Origin: Heptranchias perlo
Lineage: Eukaryota
Length of the DNA stretch: 64,000 bases
Direction of reading: 5' to 3'
Assembly: GCF_035084215.1 (NCBI RefSeq)
Contig: NC_090325.1
Location: forward strand, 112,778,001 to 112,842,000
Position numbers and translations under genes: made by a program. Below are positions 1 through 13,354 of the stretch, piece by piece. The notes beneath the pieces are model-generated. The model searched no databases. It was not told the origin of the DNA and saw nothing but the letters and a program-made list of their open reading frames with translations. Numbering within the stretch: the first letter of the stretch is position 1; the number at the start of each line of letters is the position of its first letter.

Positions 1-60
1 CCTTGGGATATTTTATTACATTAAAGGAGTAATAAAAATGCAAGTTATTGTTATTGGTGT
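1..60 (+). mobile_element. 3' tail of an L2-type LINE or L2-tailed SINE, cut by the window edge
   Basis: ccttgggatattttattacattaaagg...aaatgcaagttattgtt resembles the L2 tail at 14608-14657 (ccttgggacgttttactacgttaaaggcgctctataaatgcaagttgttg). Confidence 0.55.
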
Positions 61-3000
61 TGCAGGTGAAATGACAGTTCAAGGTAACAAATACACGAGC
101 TCATTATAATTGGCGTTCACAAGTGGTATTTCTGTCCAACCGACATCAAAGATTCTTGATTCCAAATCTTGCCTGTCTGAGTTAGCCAACCCATGTTTGG
201 AGTTAAGGGCAACTCCATCATCATCTCTACCACAGTCCCACCAAAAATATTACAGCCACGGATAGACACTGTCTCTTTTACTACTTTCTTTGTTTAAAAT
301 TCATTTGTAGCTCTTATGTCAGTATTGCCCGAAGTTGCAACACCAGCAAGAGATGACAGGTGGGTTGAAAGTCCATTTGTAAAATGAAGTACTGTATACA
401 TTTATAATCACTATCGATTTATCAGTGGTTTTAACCACCTATCTCTGAAGCCAGATCTCAGATTTGACAGCAAAGAAATTTGGATCCCTCTCTCCTTTGT
501 GAGATTGGAATCTGAAACCGGGGACAATATTCTAGACTTAGCTGTGTATAGATTACTCCCCATCCCCATCCGCATTACCATCACTACTCCCTCAAGGGAG
601 TCTTATCCTTAGCTGACCAGGCTGTTAGAGCTGTGGCTGCTTGGTTCCAATTCATCTAGTGGGAGGTGGGACAAATAGCTTCGCTCTGTAATATGCTTAA
701 GGAGATTAACGTAGGCTGTACATTCCATCTGTTGTCAGACAGCAGGCTTGACACCTGCTGTATTTCATCCACATCAACAGAATACTGTCCAAGGATGATG
801 TGGGGGCCAATATGCCTATACCAGAGGCAGGGTATTCTATTCCCCTGTAGCGTGCAGCGAAATAAAATCCAATATTACTGCAGTTTGAGTCATGTGGTAT
901 AATAGAACTGCAGTTCAAACCAGGTGACTCCATGGCCAAAGCATGCCATCTGTCACCGCTTGCCATGACTACGCAACAGCAGCAATCAAAAACTCACTAC
1001 AAATAGAATAAAAGCAGTCCACAAGCTCTACTGGTATGTATTATAAAGAATGACAAAGGTAGAAGTCTGTTTGAAGCATGTAACTGAAGACTCAGGTGAT
1101 GTTGATGGACTGTTCTAACTTTGCTTTCAATGTTTGTCATGGCACCTGAACTCCTCTGCATGTTATTGTTTTCTAACACATCCCAAACTATGTGTTATCC
1201 TACGGGCAGTGTCATTTCTCACTGATACAATTGATTATCACCCGGTAAACTCACAGTGATCATATCACAGTTATTATTTTTTCAATGTTGACATCATCAC
1301 AGATCAACTACATAGTGCACATTAGCAGTCTACACTGTCAGAAGAACAGACCCAAAACTGAATAAACCAGCCCATAAAAGGAGCACCATATATTGTACAA
1401 AATAATGGAACTATCAAATGATTGCAAGCCAGTAATCTGAGGGTTAAGATAATGATTATAAAATGGTTGAGCTTCACTTTTGTGTTACCATTTGAACCTG
1501 TCGAGTGGATTAATATATTGAAATTACTTCTAAATATCCATTATTCTCTATTTTGTAATGAACCATTAATTATATAATTGGCAACCATGTGCTATTAAAG
1601 ATTTAAAATATTAATTCTACCACTAAGTGCAAATTCACAGATGTCAGAATAAAGGAAAAGGAACATGAGGCATTATACATGAAGAAAAATTGCTATGTTA
1701 GTTGATGACTTAATGGAATTAAAATGTTAGGAAAGCGCATGAATTAAGACTCTGTGAAAACCTTTTTCTCTGCACTGGGATGGGAATTAGTGCTGCTGAT
1801 AGAACAAATCACTCCTGTCCTATCGCTGCAATTTATGAAATAAAAGCATTCGGCCTGTGGAACAACTAAATGGTATTTAAGGAATAAAGATGAAAAGTGC
1901 GGAAGCAGTCATTGGTAGAATTAGTCCTTTCATTTGGTTTGGCTTGTAATGTGGAAATAACAATAATGAATGGCCTTGAGGAAGTTCATCTGGAGCAGTA
2001 CCAGAATGGTTCCGCACAAGAAGGATTTAACACAGGACAACTTTTAGGAACATATTGCAGCATTTACGTAGTCACCATGTGTTAATGAGTACTTTAAAGT
2101 AGTAGAGCTGACAATTTCAGCATGGACTCTCCTACATTATAATCGCAAACCCCTTACAAGAAATTCAATAGGAAAACATTTATGGCAAAAATTGTATGAG
2201 GCCTCTCATTTAAATAACACTCCATTCATGTTCTGCAGTAAGGTAACAGCTGGAAAGTATGTCACGGGTATTAATTTCCTAATGTTCGGCAATCGAAAGC
2301 CATAGTATAAAAATAGAAGGAAATCCTGAACTGCCGTTTCTTGCATATGGTTCTTGACATTTTTATTTTTTCAAAACCAACTGAGACTCCAGTGCAATCT
2401 GTACTTTTAAAAAAAAATTGATGTGCCTGTTATTAAAGTACAAAATTGGGCCACAAGCAGAAATTCAGCTGCTCCAACTGATTAATATACTCTCCCTATA
2501 TGGTGGGTAAAACATTAGCACCAGGGTGGGCTCCAGGTGCATAATACCTTCTATCCAAGGCAGGTAAACCAGTTCTAAAACAAGACAGTTACAATGGAAA
2601 ATTCACGCGCATCCATTCTGATATTCCTTGAATGATCAGAGGTGGAACTGATTAGAGCACCTCCTCAAACCAGTTTATACCACGAATGAGAATTTTTGGG
2701 CAGTTGATGGAGGGAAAAGATTGACAATGACTGTTGCACAAGAATGGCTATTAGAGTTAATCACTGGTCAACTGAGTTAGAAAAGAAGCCACTGACAATT
2801 GAAGTAATTTCTAGTAAAAGTCAACATTGTCTTTTAGGAGAAGCACGGTAGGTTTGATTTATAAATCATTCCAGTGATGCAGCGGCATTTGCTCATCACA
2901 GAATTGTCAAGGTTTGCATTTGTGCTGGATTTGTGCCATTGGTTTATTTTCAAAAATGAAAGAGCAGTATGATCAAGAGCTTGGCAGAATTGGTGGTGAG

Positions 3001-3846
3001 GGCACGCATCAGACTCCCCACTTAGAGCCTTATATCTAGTCAGAATGTTTTCTGACAAATCCCTGCCAGCTATGGAATGGAACAGTCCCTGCATGACTGT
3101 CACACTGCAGTTGCAAGTGTGATGAAATAACACAGTTGTCCTTTGAAAGACAATGCAGCTTGAGTGCGGGTTCCAATTTTGCGAGGGGGTTTTGAAAATG
3201 GAATTGTTTCAAAATCATCCAACTATTAGAAAAATCTGCCATGAGTATCAAGCATAGGAATAAACAATCCTTTTTTTGTCTCTCTCACACTGATTAATTC
3301 AATTACTAGCCATTTCACACATATTTTGATGAGCAAAATAAATCCTGTCTTTACAAATGATATTGTAAGTTATTACCGAATCTAGATTCTTAATACCCCA
3401 GAATTCCTATCTGAGGCAAAGTAGATCACAAGAGTGATTAGCCCTGTGGTAGTAGATGTGATGTATGCTAGTATTCCCTCACATTAACAGCAATTCATAA
3501 ATTACCTGCTTGCACAATAACTCAAGGTAATTGTTCTTTTTATTCAGTCTTATCCGAACAAGATTGGCCAGATTGCATCGCAAAGAAGGCCACATAAGAT
3601 TAGGAAGAAATGGGGCATCTGAAGTGCCCTGAAGCCTTTAATCTTACAGATGGAGCATTTGAAAAGGGGACTTGTTACTATTTAAGGAGTGAGAACAGCA
3701 GAAGAGCCATATATCACTGTGATGTCACATGCAATAGCATGATGAAATGACAATTTACAACATAAATTACATCATCATGTCTTTACGTTTGCCAGCAATG
3801 AAAAAGATACACCAATGATTGTTTTATAGTGACCTTGTCCCTTTCA

Positions 3847-3866
3847 TCACCGGCATCTCCACATCA
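3847..3866 (+). mobile_element. Ultra-short (20 bp) Penelope-like terminal insertion with a 12-bp target-site duplication (TSD)
   Basis: tcaccggcatctccacatca is identical to the PLE terminus at 17627-17646; flanked by direct repeat ttgtccctttca at 3835-3846 and 3867-3878. Confidence 0.8.
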
Positions 3867-4829
3867 TTGTCCCTTTCAGTACACATTCCTCTGTTCAATA
3901 AAAAGACAAACTCAGGGATGGAAGGAGTGTTGATGTTATAGAAACGTACATGCGGACATACAAACATCTGTCACAAAACTTAAAGCAAATGTTTTTTTCA
4001 TTCAAAACGCTGGCAGATAAGGGAGCTGATGCGAAAACATAATGAGATAGCACTTACCTATCCCAGTGGAATACCTTATCTGTTAAACATTTAGGGCAAG
4101 TTATCCATCATGGTGTGGAGTACTAGATTTTAATAGGATAGGACTTTCTCAGTGCTGGCAAATAAAGATGAATAAAATCTTTGAGAGTCTGCGCATTTTT
4201 TTGAAAAGACAAAAGTCTATGCTTTTGATCCAGCAGCTGTTGCTTAATTTTTGTGCAGCTGGTGGTGTTTGTACAGATTAAGAGGGTATTAAAGTAGGCG
4301 TCATTGCTGGGACAGTAGCACTGCGGTTATTTGGGTGGAGCCTGCATGGTGTTTACCATCCTCCCTGTGACACATTTCAAAGGGACACTATCAGGCTATT
4401 TACAAGAAATATATCATTGGTCAAGTACTGTTAGCCTGGAAGTTACTATGATTGATGTTTTATAGCAATGCTTAACACACTTGTATCAAATTCCTCTTTC
4501 TGCTGTGAGATGTAAATCCCGGAGCTTGCAACTACGTCTCCGTTAAAATAACGGAGAGAGAAATTTGATATAAGTGTGTTAAATCCTTGAATATCATTAA
4601 TTCGAGAAATGTTCAGGCTGTTGCATTGTTTGTTAATATGTGACTTGCGCTATAAAAAAGTCACGGGACACCCATCTCTACACATTTTCCATCACAATTA
4701 AACCAACGTATATTCAAGAGGCAGGAAAACGTGGCCTTAAATTTCTCTGGGGTTATCCTGATTGCTTCCGTAATTACAACAGGAGATCAGCGGAACCCCT
4801 GTGATTCCACGAGTAAACGCACAGCCACA

Positions 4830-5975
4830 AAATCTCCCACTGGCGATGGTGAACTGGAGGTGGTTGTTAGCAAGTTTGAAGAACTTACAATTCGCTTGCG
4901 CCTGTTTGGCGACAGACCATCATAATTCATGTTGGCAAGTTCTCGCACTCATGAAAGAATGTTTGGAATTTACTGACACTCGTGTGATATCATCTATTTA
5001 ATCAAACGACAATTGTAGCACTCTGCTTTATAGTGTCTGAAGATTTTGTGATGACTGTAACATTAAAACATGCACATCGAAGAGTTTTTGCTGTTGATGG
5101 TTTGAAATGTAAGTTAAACGCAACCTTAGAAAATGAAGAGTGATAAAGCTCTGGCAGAACTTAAAAAAATATATAGTGATTTATTTTAACATAATTAACT
5201 TTTTAACAAAATGGCTGATGATTGTTAGAAAGGGCATGATCCAAGGGGCCTATTTTCTGGTCATTGGTTTGCTCACTGCACCATTTCCAGTGGGATTTAC
5301 TGACCCTGTAGACTTTCTCTGTTCGCAGTACAAATGATTGTCTTCCACTCTTAATTTTTTGATATTATAACCAGATTAATAATGAGAGCAACTCCAGGCT
5401 TCCCAATTTGTCCCAAGCAGAGATGTATTTTTTCCAAGTCTCTATATACCTGAAGGGCTGGACATCAATGCTTCCCCATTCCACCAGTGGATTCACTTAT
5501 TTCATGTAGAAAGATGCCTGAATACCCCCAACACTCAATTTTGTATTTAACTTTAACACTTAAGCTTGAAAATAGCTGAAATGGAAATCTTGCCTTTCTC
5601 TAGTAGTCAGTAAGGTCCACATATTAGAAAACATTATGAGTGTCTTAGTCTGATAAATAGGTTCCAAATTGTATTATTAACTGATTTTCAGAAGTTCTTG
5701 TTGCCATGATTGGAAAATGATTGTGTTCAAGCCTCTATTAGAATTTTTAACGCTGTTATACAAATGATTCCAAAGTCCCATATATGGTAACATTATCACT
5801 GCGACGTAAGAGTTATATAATGATGTTACAAATATGCAAAGAAATCCAGTCCAGCCTTAGGTCAAAGGTCCCAAACACCTACTGATAGCCTGTCGCCACA
5901 CAGGCGCAAGTGAGTTAAAGGCTTTTCATACTTGAGAACAACCACCTGCAGCTCACCATCCCTAGTGGGAGATTT
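4830..5975. repeat. Dispersed 93-bp inverted repeat pair (4830-4922 and 5883-5975)
   Basis: Manual ungapped alignment of the left arm with the reverse complement of the right arm gives about 17 mismatches over 93 nt. Confidence 0.8.
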
Positions 5976-6679
5976 TATTCTGCGGCGGCACAACCACCCA
6001 TGATGATATAATATTTTGTAAAAGGTAACATTAAGGGGAAAACTTAAAAGAAAGAAAATGTACATTTTTTAAGCACACAGAATGGTAAAGTGGGCTATGT
6101 TTCAGGTTCCGACTTTAGCTCCAGAGTCCCTAATAACAACTATGTGGACAGTCAGTACTGGAACCGCCGCCGCCATGAACCCCCAAGCTGCTGTGGGATG
6201 TGTTCATCTTTTTCCGATTAGACTGTCAAGAAGTATTGACACCCCCAGTACTACTCTGCAGTGATCCAATATCCTAGGGCAGGAAGATTTTCCTCTTGCT
6301 GCACTTCGGTCTGAACGACCACCTGGGGCAGAGCGGATAGGCAGGGTGTGGAGGATCGTACATCCGTAACAGAACCGGCCCGATCAATTTAAATGGACCG
6401 AAAATCAGGCCGACTTCACTGTGCTTGTGTAATCCTCCCCACCCGTGGTGGGATTTAACAGGAGCAGATCGCGTGTGCAGAAGGCTCGCCCTGTGGTTGA
6501 ATGCCAATATTTCTTCCTAACGGAACAGGCGTATCGGAAACCAAAATTTCAAATTCGAACCAAATTCAAACATTGGGAATATGAATGCGCACTGGCTCAA
6601 TTCAGCACACTGCAGTTTAATTTCCTCTGGTAGCGAACTGGTTAATGATTTCATACAAAATTCCCTATACTCGCTCTTT

Positions 6680-7790
6680 TACCTAGCCCATGCTACCAGA
6701 AGACACTGGACCTCAAAAAGATCGATTTGAAAGGGTTCAGGGAAGAGTGACCAAGATGATTCTAGGCTTTGGGGACTAAGTTATCAAGAAAAATTCAAGA
6801 ACAAATTTCACTGAAGAAAAGTCAGAGGGGAGACATAATATAGGTCTTTAAAATAAAGATATAAATGTAGTTGAAAAAAGCAACTATTTCACTTCAAAGA
6901 ATTAAAGGACAACATTTGCAAGCCTCAAACAAGGTTAGAGATTAGAAAAAATATTGGCTTAGAATTTCTTCAGTCTTACTTCCGACAATGTTACAATTGC
7001 GGAGTGGGAGTAGTTCTGAGGAAATTCCCCAGCATTTTCTTCTCCCAGGATAGCGGATATGTAAAACCAAAGAGGTAATGCTAAACCTATACAAATCATT
7101 GAAGAGGCTCACTAAGGTAATACCATGGATGGGAGGGTTTAGTTATGAGGAGAGATTAGAGAAACTGGGCCTCTTTTCATTAGAGCAGAGAAACTTAGAA
7201 GGAGATCTGTTAGAGGTGTTCAATTTTACAAAAGATTTTGATAAAGTAAATTGAAAAAAACATTTCCTCTGGTCAGTGGCATAAATGTAAGACTATCGAC
7301 AAAAGAATAGAGAGGTTAGGTGATTTTTTTTGTAGGGGGTAACTAGGAAATGGAATGCCCTACCAGAAACAGTGGTAGAAACAGAATCCAAATTAACTTT
7401 TAAAAGGGAATTGGATAAGTATATTAAAAAGAAAAAAATGAAACATTATGGGGAAAGGGCCGGAGGCAAATGGGACTCAATAGAAAGCTGTTTCAGAGAA
7501 CTAGCATAGGTGCCATTCAGTGGGCTGAATGGGCTTCTCCTATACTGTAAAATTCTATATGGAACAGACTCCCAGAGCAATTAATTGATTCAAGGCCAAT
7601 CGATACATTTAAAAGGGAGGCAGATTAATGCCTGTTGAGTAGGTGCATTGAGGGCTTTACAACTTCATTTTCTTTTCAAGAGAAGGAGCTTAGTGTTCCT
7701 TAACATGAGGGATAAACAGATGACATCATACATGGACTCTGGATGGAGCAGGCTTGATGGGCTGAATAGTCTTCTCATTCTGGCCATTCT
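6680..7790 (+). mobile_element. Cluster of decayed CR1 LINE 3' fragments
   Basis: Degenerate CR1 ORF2 C-terminal and 3' UTR motifs: agttatgaggagagattagagaaactggg, aaaagggaattggataagta, gggctgaatgggcttctcct...ttctat. Confidence 0.65.
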
Positions 7791-8421
7791 CATCATAGAA
7801 TCAAAGAATGTTATGGCCAAGAAACAGGCCATTTGGTCCATCAAGTTCTGCCAGTGTTTTTCACTAAATCTAGCCTAATCCTACTCTCCTGCTCACATAC
7901 CATTCTCTTTAATATTCCTCTTTATCAAGTAACTAAGTCCCTTTAAAAAAAATTATGGACCCAAATTCTAATCTCTGTAAAGAAATTTTTCTAACCTTCA
8001 CTTGACTTCTTTTTGTGATTATCTTAAACTTGTGTCATTTCATTACTGTCTCACTGACCAATGTAAACAATCTATCACTATTTAGCTGATCATGACCTTT
8101 CATTAACTTGAAGACCTCTCAACTTTCTCAGCTTCAGTTTAAAAAAAAGTCTTAACTTCTGAAGTGTTTCTTCATAACTATAACCCTTGGTTATAGTGAA
8201 TCTACACTGTACCTTTTCCATTGCTTTTACATCCTTCCGAAAATGGGGTGCCCAAAATTGCACACGGTAATCCAACTGCAGCTTAACTAAGATTTTGTAC
8301 AAATTCAATATTACCTCCTTGCTTTTGTATTCTATGATGTGGAGATGCCGGTGATGGACTTGGGTTGACAGTTGTAAACAATTTTACAACACCAAGTTAT
8401 AGTCCAACAATTTTATTTGAA

Positions 8422-8462
8422 ATTCACAAGCTTTCGGAGGCTTCCTCCTTCCTCAGGTGAAT
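8422..8462 (-). ncRNA. Minimal type I hammerhead ribozyme motif (minus-strand copy)
   Basis: Exact reverse complement of 8510-8550. Confidence 0.72.
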
Positions 8463-8509
8463 GTTGTGGAAATGAAATGCGAAGGATTCGAGGATTTCAT
8501 TTCCACAAC

Positions 8510-8550
8510 ATTCACCTGAGGAAGGAGGAAGCCTCCGAAAGCTTGTGAAT
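8510..8550 (+). ncRNA. Minimal type I hammerhead ribozyme motif
   Basis: attcac-CTGAGGA-a-ggagg-aag-cctcc-GAAA-gc-TT-gtgaat: 6-bp helix I, CUGANGA box, 5-bp helix II, GAAA box, palindromic AAGCTT helix III. Confidence 0.75.
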
Positions 8551-9559
8551 TTCAAATAACTTTGTATTCTATGCCAAGGATTCTTATTTTTATCATCTAA
8601 TTTGCTTGTGCTGCCTCCTTTTAATGATTTATGCATTCCAAAATGTATCTCATCACATTTTCTGCGTTGAAATGCATCTGCCAGCTTTCTCCTATCCTAC
8701 TACCCTATCCATGTCCCCTTGCCATACCTCTGTCCAATTTGGTGTGATCAGAACATTTCAATATTGTTCCCTCAAATGTTAAGTCCAGATGACCTTGTGG
8801 AACAACACTCACCACATCTTTCCAGTCCAAGAAACTTACTTGTAGCTCCACTCTTTGCTTTCTATCCTCCAGTCATTTGTCTATCTATGTGGTCACATTC
8901 CTCTTAATTATGTGTACCATTATCTTTGCCATACGTTTCTTATGTGGCACCTTATCAAATGCTTTTTGAAAATCCATGTATCGCATCCACTGCATTTTCT
9001 TTATCTATTCCCTTTTTTTTCTAAGCTTGGTCAAACACAAACTGCCTTTTAGAAACCTCTCTTTGAACAATAACTTACACTCACTGGTCTACACATGTTT
9101 CTAATAATTCTACTGTCCCATATCCACTTCCTCTGTGAGGCAAAGTACTTATTTAGTATCACTGCAGTTCCCTCACTCTCCACTACAAGCTTGCATCTTC
9201 CTCTCTCAGCAACCCTACCGTTACCTTTACTGTTCCCTTATTGTGATGTGTCAATAGAAAGTCTTTTTATGGGCTGAATTTTCTTGCATACACCTTCCTA
9301 GCCTTTCTAATCTCCAATTTTCTAGATTTTTTATATTCTTTAAGTTAGTCCCAGCCTTCCATCCATTTCTTTTTGCCTCCCTTGGAATATTCTTGATTTT
9401 TACCCTTTCCATCTCTTGTTTAAGTATTTCCCGTTGCTGATCTAGTTCTTTTCTCCAGTTATTCCTTCCACTTAATTAAGGCAAAGGCTCTTTTTATCTT
9501 GCTTTAATCTGTTTTTTCCAGTTAGGTACTCTTGTCCTTGAATGTTCTTTTTCCTTCTC

Positions 9560-12500
9560 TTTTTTTTTTATTCGTTCATGGGATGTGGGCGTCACTGGCA
9601 AGGCCAGCATTTATTGCCCATCCCTAATTGCCCTTGAGAAGATGGTGGTGAGCCGCCTTCTTGAACCGCTGCAGTCCGTGTGGTGAAGGTTCTCCCACAG
9701 TGCTGTTAGGAAGGGAGTTCCAGGATTTTGACCCAGCGACGATGAAGGAACGGCGATATATTTCCAAGTCTGGATGGTGTATGACTTGGAGGGGAACGTG
9801 CAGGTGATGTCGTTCCCATGTGCCTGCTGCCCTTCTTCTAGGTGGTAGAGGTCATGGGTTTGGGAGGTGCTGTCGAAGTATCCTTGGTGAGATGCTGCAG
9901 TGCATCGTTTGGATGGTACATACTGCAGCCACAGTGCGCCGGTGGTGAAGGGAGTGACTGTTTAGGGTGGTGGATGGGGTGCCAATCAAGTGGACTGCTT
10001 TATCCTGGATGGTGTCAAGCTTCTTGAGTGTTGTTGGAGCTGCACTCATCCAAGCAAGTGGAGAGTATTCCATCACACTCCTGACTTGTGCCTTGTAGAT
10101 GGTGGAAAGGCTTTGGGGAGTCAGGAGGTGAGTCACTCACCGCAGAATACCCAGCGCCCGACCTGCTCTTGCAGCCACAGTATTTATGTGGCTGGTCCAG
10201 TTAAGTTTCTGGTCAATGGTGACCCCCAGGATGTTGATGGTGGGAGATTCGGCGATGGTAATGCTGTTGAATGTCATGGGGAGGTGGTTAGACTCTCTCT
10301 TGTTGGAGATGGTCATTGCCTGGCACTTGTCTGGCGCGAATGTTACTTGCCACTTATCAGCCCAAGCATGGATGTTGTCCAGGTCTTGCAGCATGCGGGC
10401 TCGGACTGCTTCATTATCTGAGGGGTTGTGAATGGAACTGAACACTGTGCAATCATCAGCGAGCATCCCCATTTCTGACCTTATGATGGAGGGAAGGTCA
10501 TTGATGAAGCAGCTGAAGATGGTTGGGCCTAGGACACTGCCCTGCGGAACTCCTGCAGCAGTGTCCTGGGGCTGAGATGATTGGCCTCAACAGCCACTAC
10601 CATCTTCCTTTGTGCTAGGTATGACTCCAACCACTGGAGACTTTTCCCCCTGATTCCCATTGACTTCAATTTTACTAGGGCTCCTTGGTGCCACACTCGG
10701 TCAAATGCTGCCTTAATTTCAAGGGCAGTCACTCTCAACTCACTTCTGGAATTCAGCTCTTTTGTCCATATTTGGTCCAAGGCTGTAATGAGGTCTGGGG
10801 CCGAGTGGTCCTGGCAGAACCCAAACTGAGCATCGGTGAGCAGGTTATTGGTGAGTAAGTGCTGCTTGATAGCACTGTCAACGACACCTTCCATCACTTT
10901 GCTGATGATCGAGAGTGGACTGATGGAACGGTAATTGGCCAGATTGGATTTGTCCTGCTTTTTGTGGACAGGACATACCTGGGCAATTTTCCACATTGTT
11001 GGGTAGATGCAAGTGTTGTAGCTGTACTGGAGCAGTTTGGCTAGAGCGCGGCTAATTCTGCTCTAAGTCTTCAGCAGTACAGCTGGGATGTTGTCGGGGC
11101 CCATAGCCGTTGCTGTATTCAGTGCACTCAGACATTTCTTGATATCACGTGGAGTGAATCGAATTGGCTGAAGACTGGCTTCTGTGATGGTGGGGATATC
11201 GGGAGGAGGCCGAAATGGATCATCCACTCGGCACGTCTGGCTGAAGATGATTGCAAACACTTCAGCCATGTCTTTTGCACTCACGTGCTGGACTCCGCCA
11301 TCATTGAGGATGGGGATGTTTACAGAGCCTCCTCCTCCCGTTAGTTGTTTAATTGTCCACCACCACTCACAACTGGATGTGGCAGGACTGCAGAGCTTCG
11401 ATCTGATCCGTTGGTTGTGGAATCGCTTAGCTCTGTCTATAGCATGTTGCTTCCGCTGTTTAGCATGCATGTAGTCCTGAGTTGTAGCTTCACCAGGTTG
11501 GCACCTCATTTTTAGGTACGCCTGGTGCTGCTCCTGGCATGCTCTTCTACACTCCTCATTGAACCAGGGTTGATCCCCTGGCTTGTTGGTAATGGTAGAG
11601 TGAGGAATATGCCGGGCCATGAGGTTACAGATTGTGCTGGAATACAATTCTGCTGCTGCTGATGGCCCACAGCGCCTCATGGATGCCCAGTTTTGAGCTG
11701 CTAGATCTGTTCTCAATTCATCCTATTTAACACGGTGATCGTGCCACACAACACGTTGGATGGTGTCCTCAGTGCGAAGACGGGACTTCATCTCCATGAG
11801 GACTGTGCGGTGGTCACTCCTACCAATACTGTAATGGACAGATGCATCTGTGACTGGTAGATTGGTGAGGACGAGGTCAAGTAGGTTTTTTCCTCGTGTT
11901 GGTTCACTCACCACCTGCCGCAGGCCCAGTCTGGCAGCTATGTCCTTCAGGACTCGGCCAGCTTTGTCAGTAGTGGTACTACCGAGCCACTCTTGGTGAT
12001 GGACATTGAAGTCCCCCACCCAGAGTACATTTTGTGCCCTTGTCACCCTCAGTGCTTCCTCCAAGTGGTGCTCAACATGGAGGAGGACTGATTCATCAGC
12101 TGAGGGAGGGTGGTAGGTGGTAATCAGCAGGAGGTTTCCTTGCCCATGTTTGACCTGATGCTATGAGATTTCATTGGGTCCGGAGTCAATGTTGAGGACT
12201 CCCAGGGCCACTCCATCCTGACTGTATATCACTGTACCACCACCTCTGGTGGGTCTGTCCTGCCGGTGGAACAGGACATACCCAGGGATGGTGATGGAAG
12301 AGTCTGGGACGTTGGCTGAAAGGTATAATTCCGTGAGTATGGCTATGTCAGGCGGTTGCTTGACTAGTCTGTGGGACAGCTCTCCCAATTTTGGCACAAA
12401 TGCCCAGATGTTGGTGAGGAGGACTTGGCAGGGTCGACTGGGCTTGGTTTGCCTTTGTCGTATCCGGTGCCTAGTGGTCCGATGCTGGGTGGTCCGTCCG

Positions 12501-12662
12501 GTTTTATTCTTATTATGACTATTTTTAGTGAGATTTTACAACTGAGTGGCTTGCTAGGCCATTTCAGAGGGTGATTAAGAATCAACCACATGGCTGTGGG
12601 TCTGGAGTCACATAAAGGCGAGACCAGCTAAGGACGGCAGGTTTCCTTCCCTAAAGGACATT
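9560..12662 (-). mobile_element. Near full-length non-LTR retrotransposon, RTE-X-like (clade tentative), APE endonuclease plus RT
   Basis: EN motifs (DIAILTE, WVGDFN, LDLVLTN, SDH) and RT motifs (NYRSISPLS, AAFDRVWH, LADD, YKAQVRSVMEY) across ORFs 9852-12397; A-rich tail at 9560-9569; 5' UTR at about 12500-12662. Confidence 0.88.
9852..12397 (-). pseudogene. Disrupted endonuclease-reverse transcriptase ORF of the RTE-X-like LINE
   Basis: Six collinear ORF pieces (12161-12397, 11723-12064, 11063-11716, 10529-10996, 10137-10472, 9852-10136) separated by stops or frameshifts. Confidence 0.85.
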
Positions 12663-13354
12663 TATTCTTACACTGACCCTAATTATTTTGTGGTCACTGC
12701 TTCCCTAATGTTCTTGTACTTTTAGGTCATCTACTTGCTTTGCATCATTATCCAGACCTAGGCCAAGGACTGCTTCCTTCCTTGTAGGAGGAGCAACATA
12801 TTGACTGAGAAAACAGCCCTGAATGCATTACAAAAAACAAACTCTACTTTCTCACCAAAAACATTCTCCTACTCTATTTATTGGGTAATTCAAATCTTGT
12901 ACAATGATAACTCTATTTTTAATACACACCTCCCTGAGTTGTCAATAAATTCCATCCACATTCAAGCAGGCACACTTTGTGTGAGAGGCAAATGAGGTGG
13001 ATCTGACTGGATTTCTGTCAGATGATGCCTCCTTTTCTTACGTCGGCACGGAGAGGGACGTGAACGCTAGAACTGCCAATCCGTAACTCTCGGAATGTTT
13101 CGGTGTGACAAAAGGAATGATACCCAGCAGAATCTGGTCCTGTTTCAAATTCCACCCCTTCCCTGCACCCCCACCATTGCCTGACTTTTGCTTCAGAAGC
13201 CCTCTCCTGGACCCAGCAATTTTGGGCCCTTTAACTTTAAAAATGTGTCAATCAGTACAATTCAGTGACACCGGCGCATTTAAACACAGTCACCACCACC
13301 AACTCCCGTTCAGGCCAAACTCATGTCCTTACTTTCTCACAGCAAAAAGTAATT

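Larger units (their letters stand above)
8337..8560 (-). mobile_element. Penelope-like element remnant with inverted pseudo-LTR and 13-bp TSD
   Basis: Perfect 66-bp inverted repeat 8413-8478 / 8494-8559; TSD tttgtattctatg at 8324-8336 and 8561-8573; same terminus (atgatgtggagatgccggtgatgg) as the 17 kb element. Confidence 0.8.
7795..9550 (-). mobile_element. Decayed CR1 LINE, interrupted by a PLE remnant at 8337-8560
   Basis: ORF 8090..8308(-) LYKILVKLQLDYRVQFWAPHFRKDVKAMEKVQCRFT is a CR1 RT C-terminal motif; catagaatca 3' end at about 7793. Confidence 0.7.

Noticed and set aside
6100-6560. CpG-containing block with a perfect Kozak context gccgccgccATG near 6166-6177
   Set aside because: The frame stops after 29 codons and has no recognisable homology; it looks like a decayed GC-rich repeat
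12500-12662. HDV-like ribozyme in the LINE 5' UTR
   Set aside because: I could not build the nested double pseudoknot by eye
13042-13139. Candidate minus-strand exon with a GTAAGA donor
   Set aside because: Poor acceptor, adjacent to a TIR-like aaattccacccc, and unrecognisable translations
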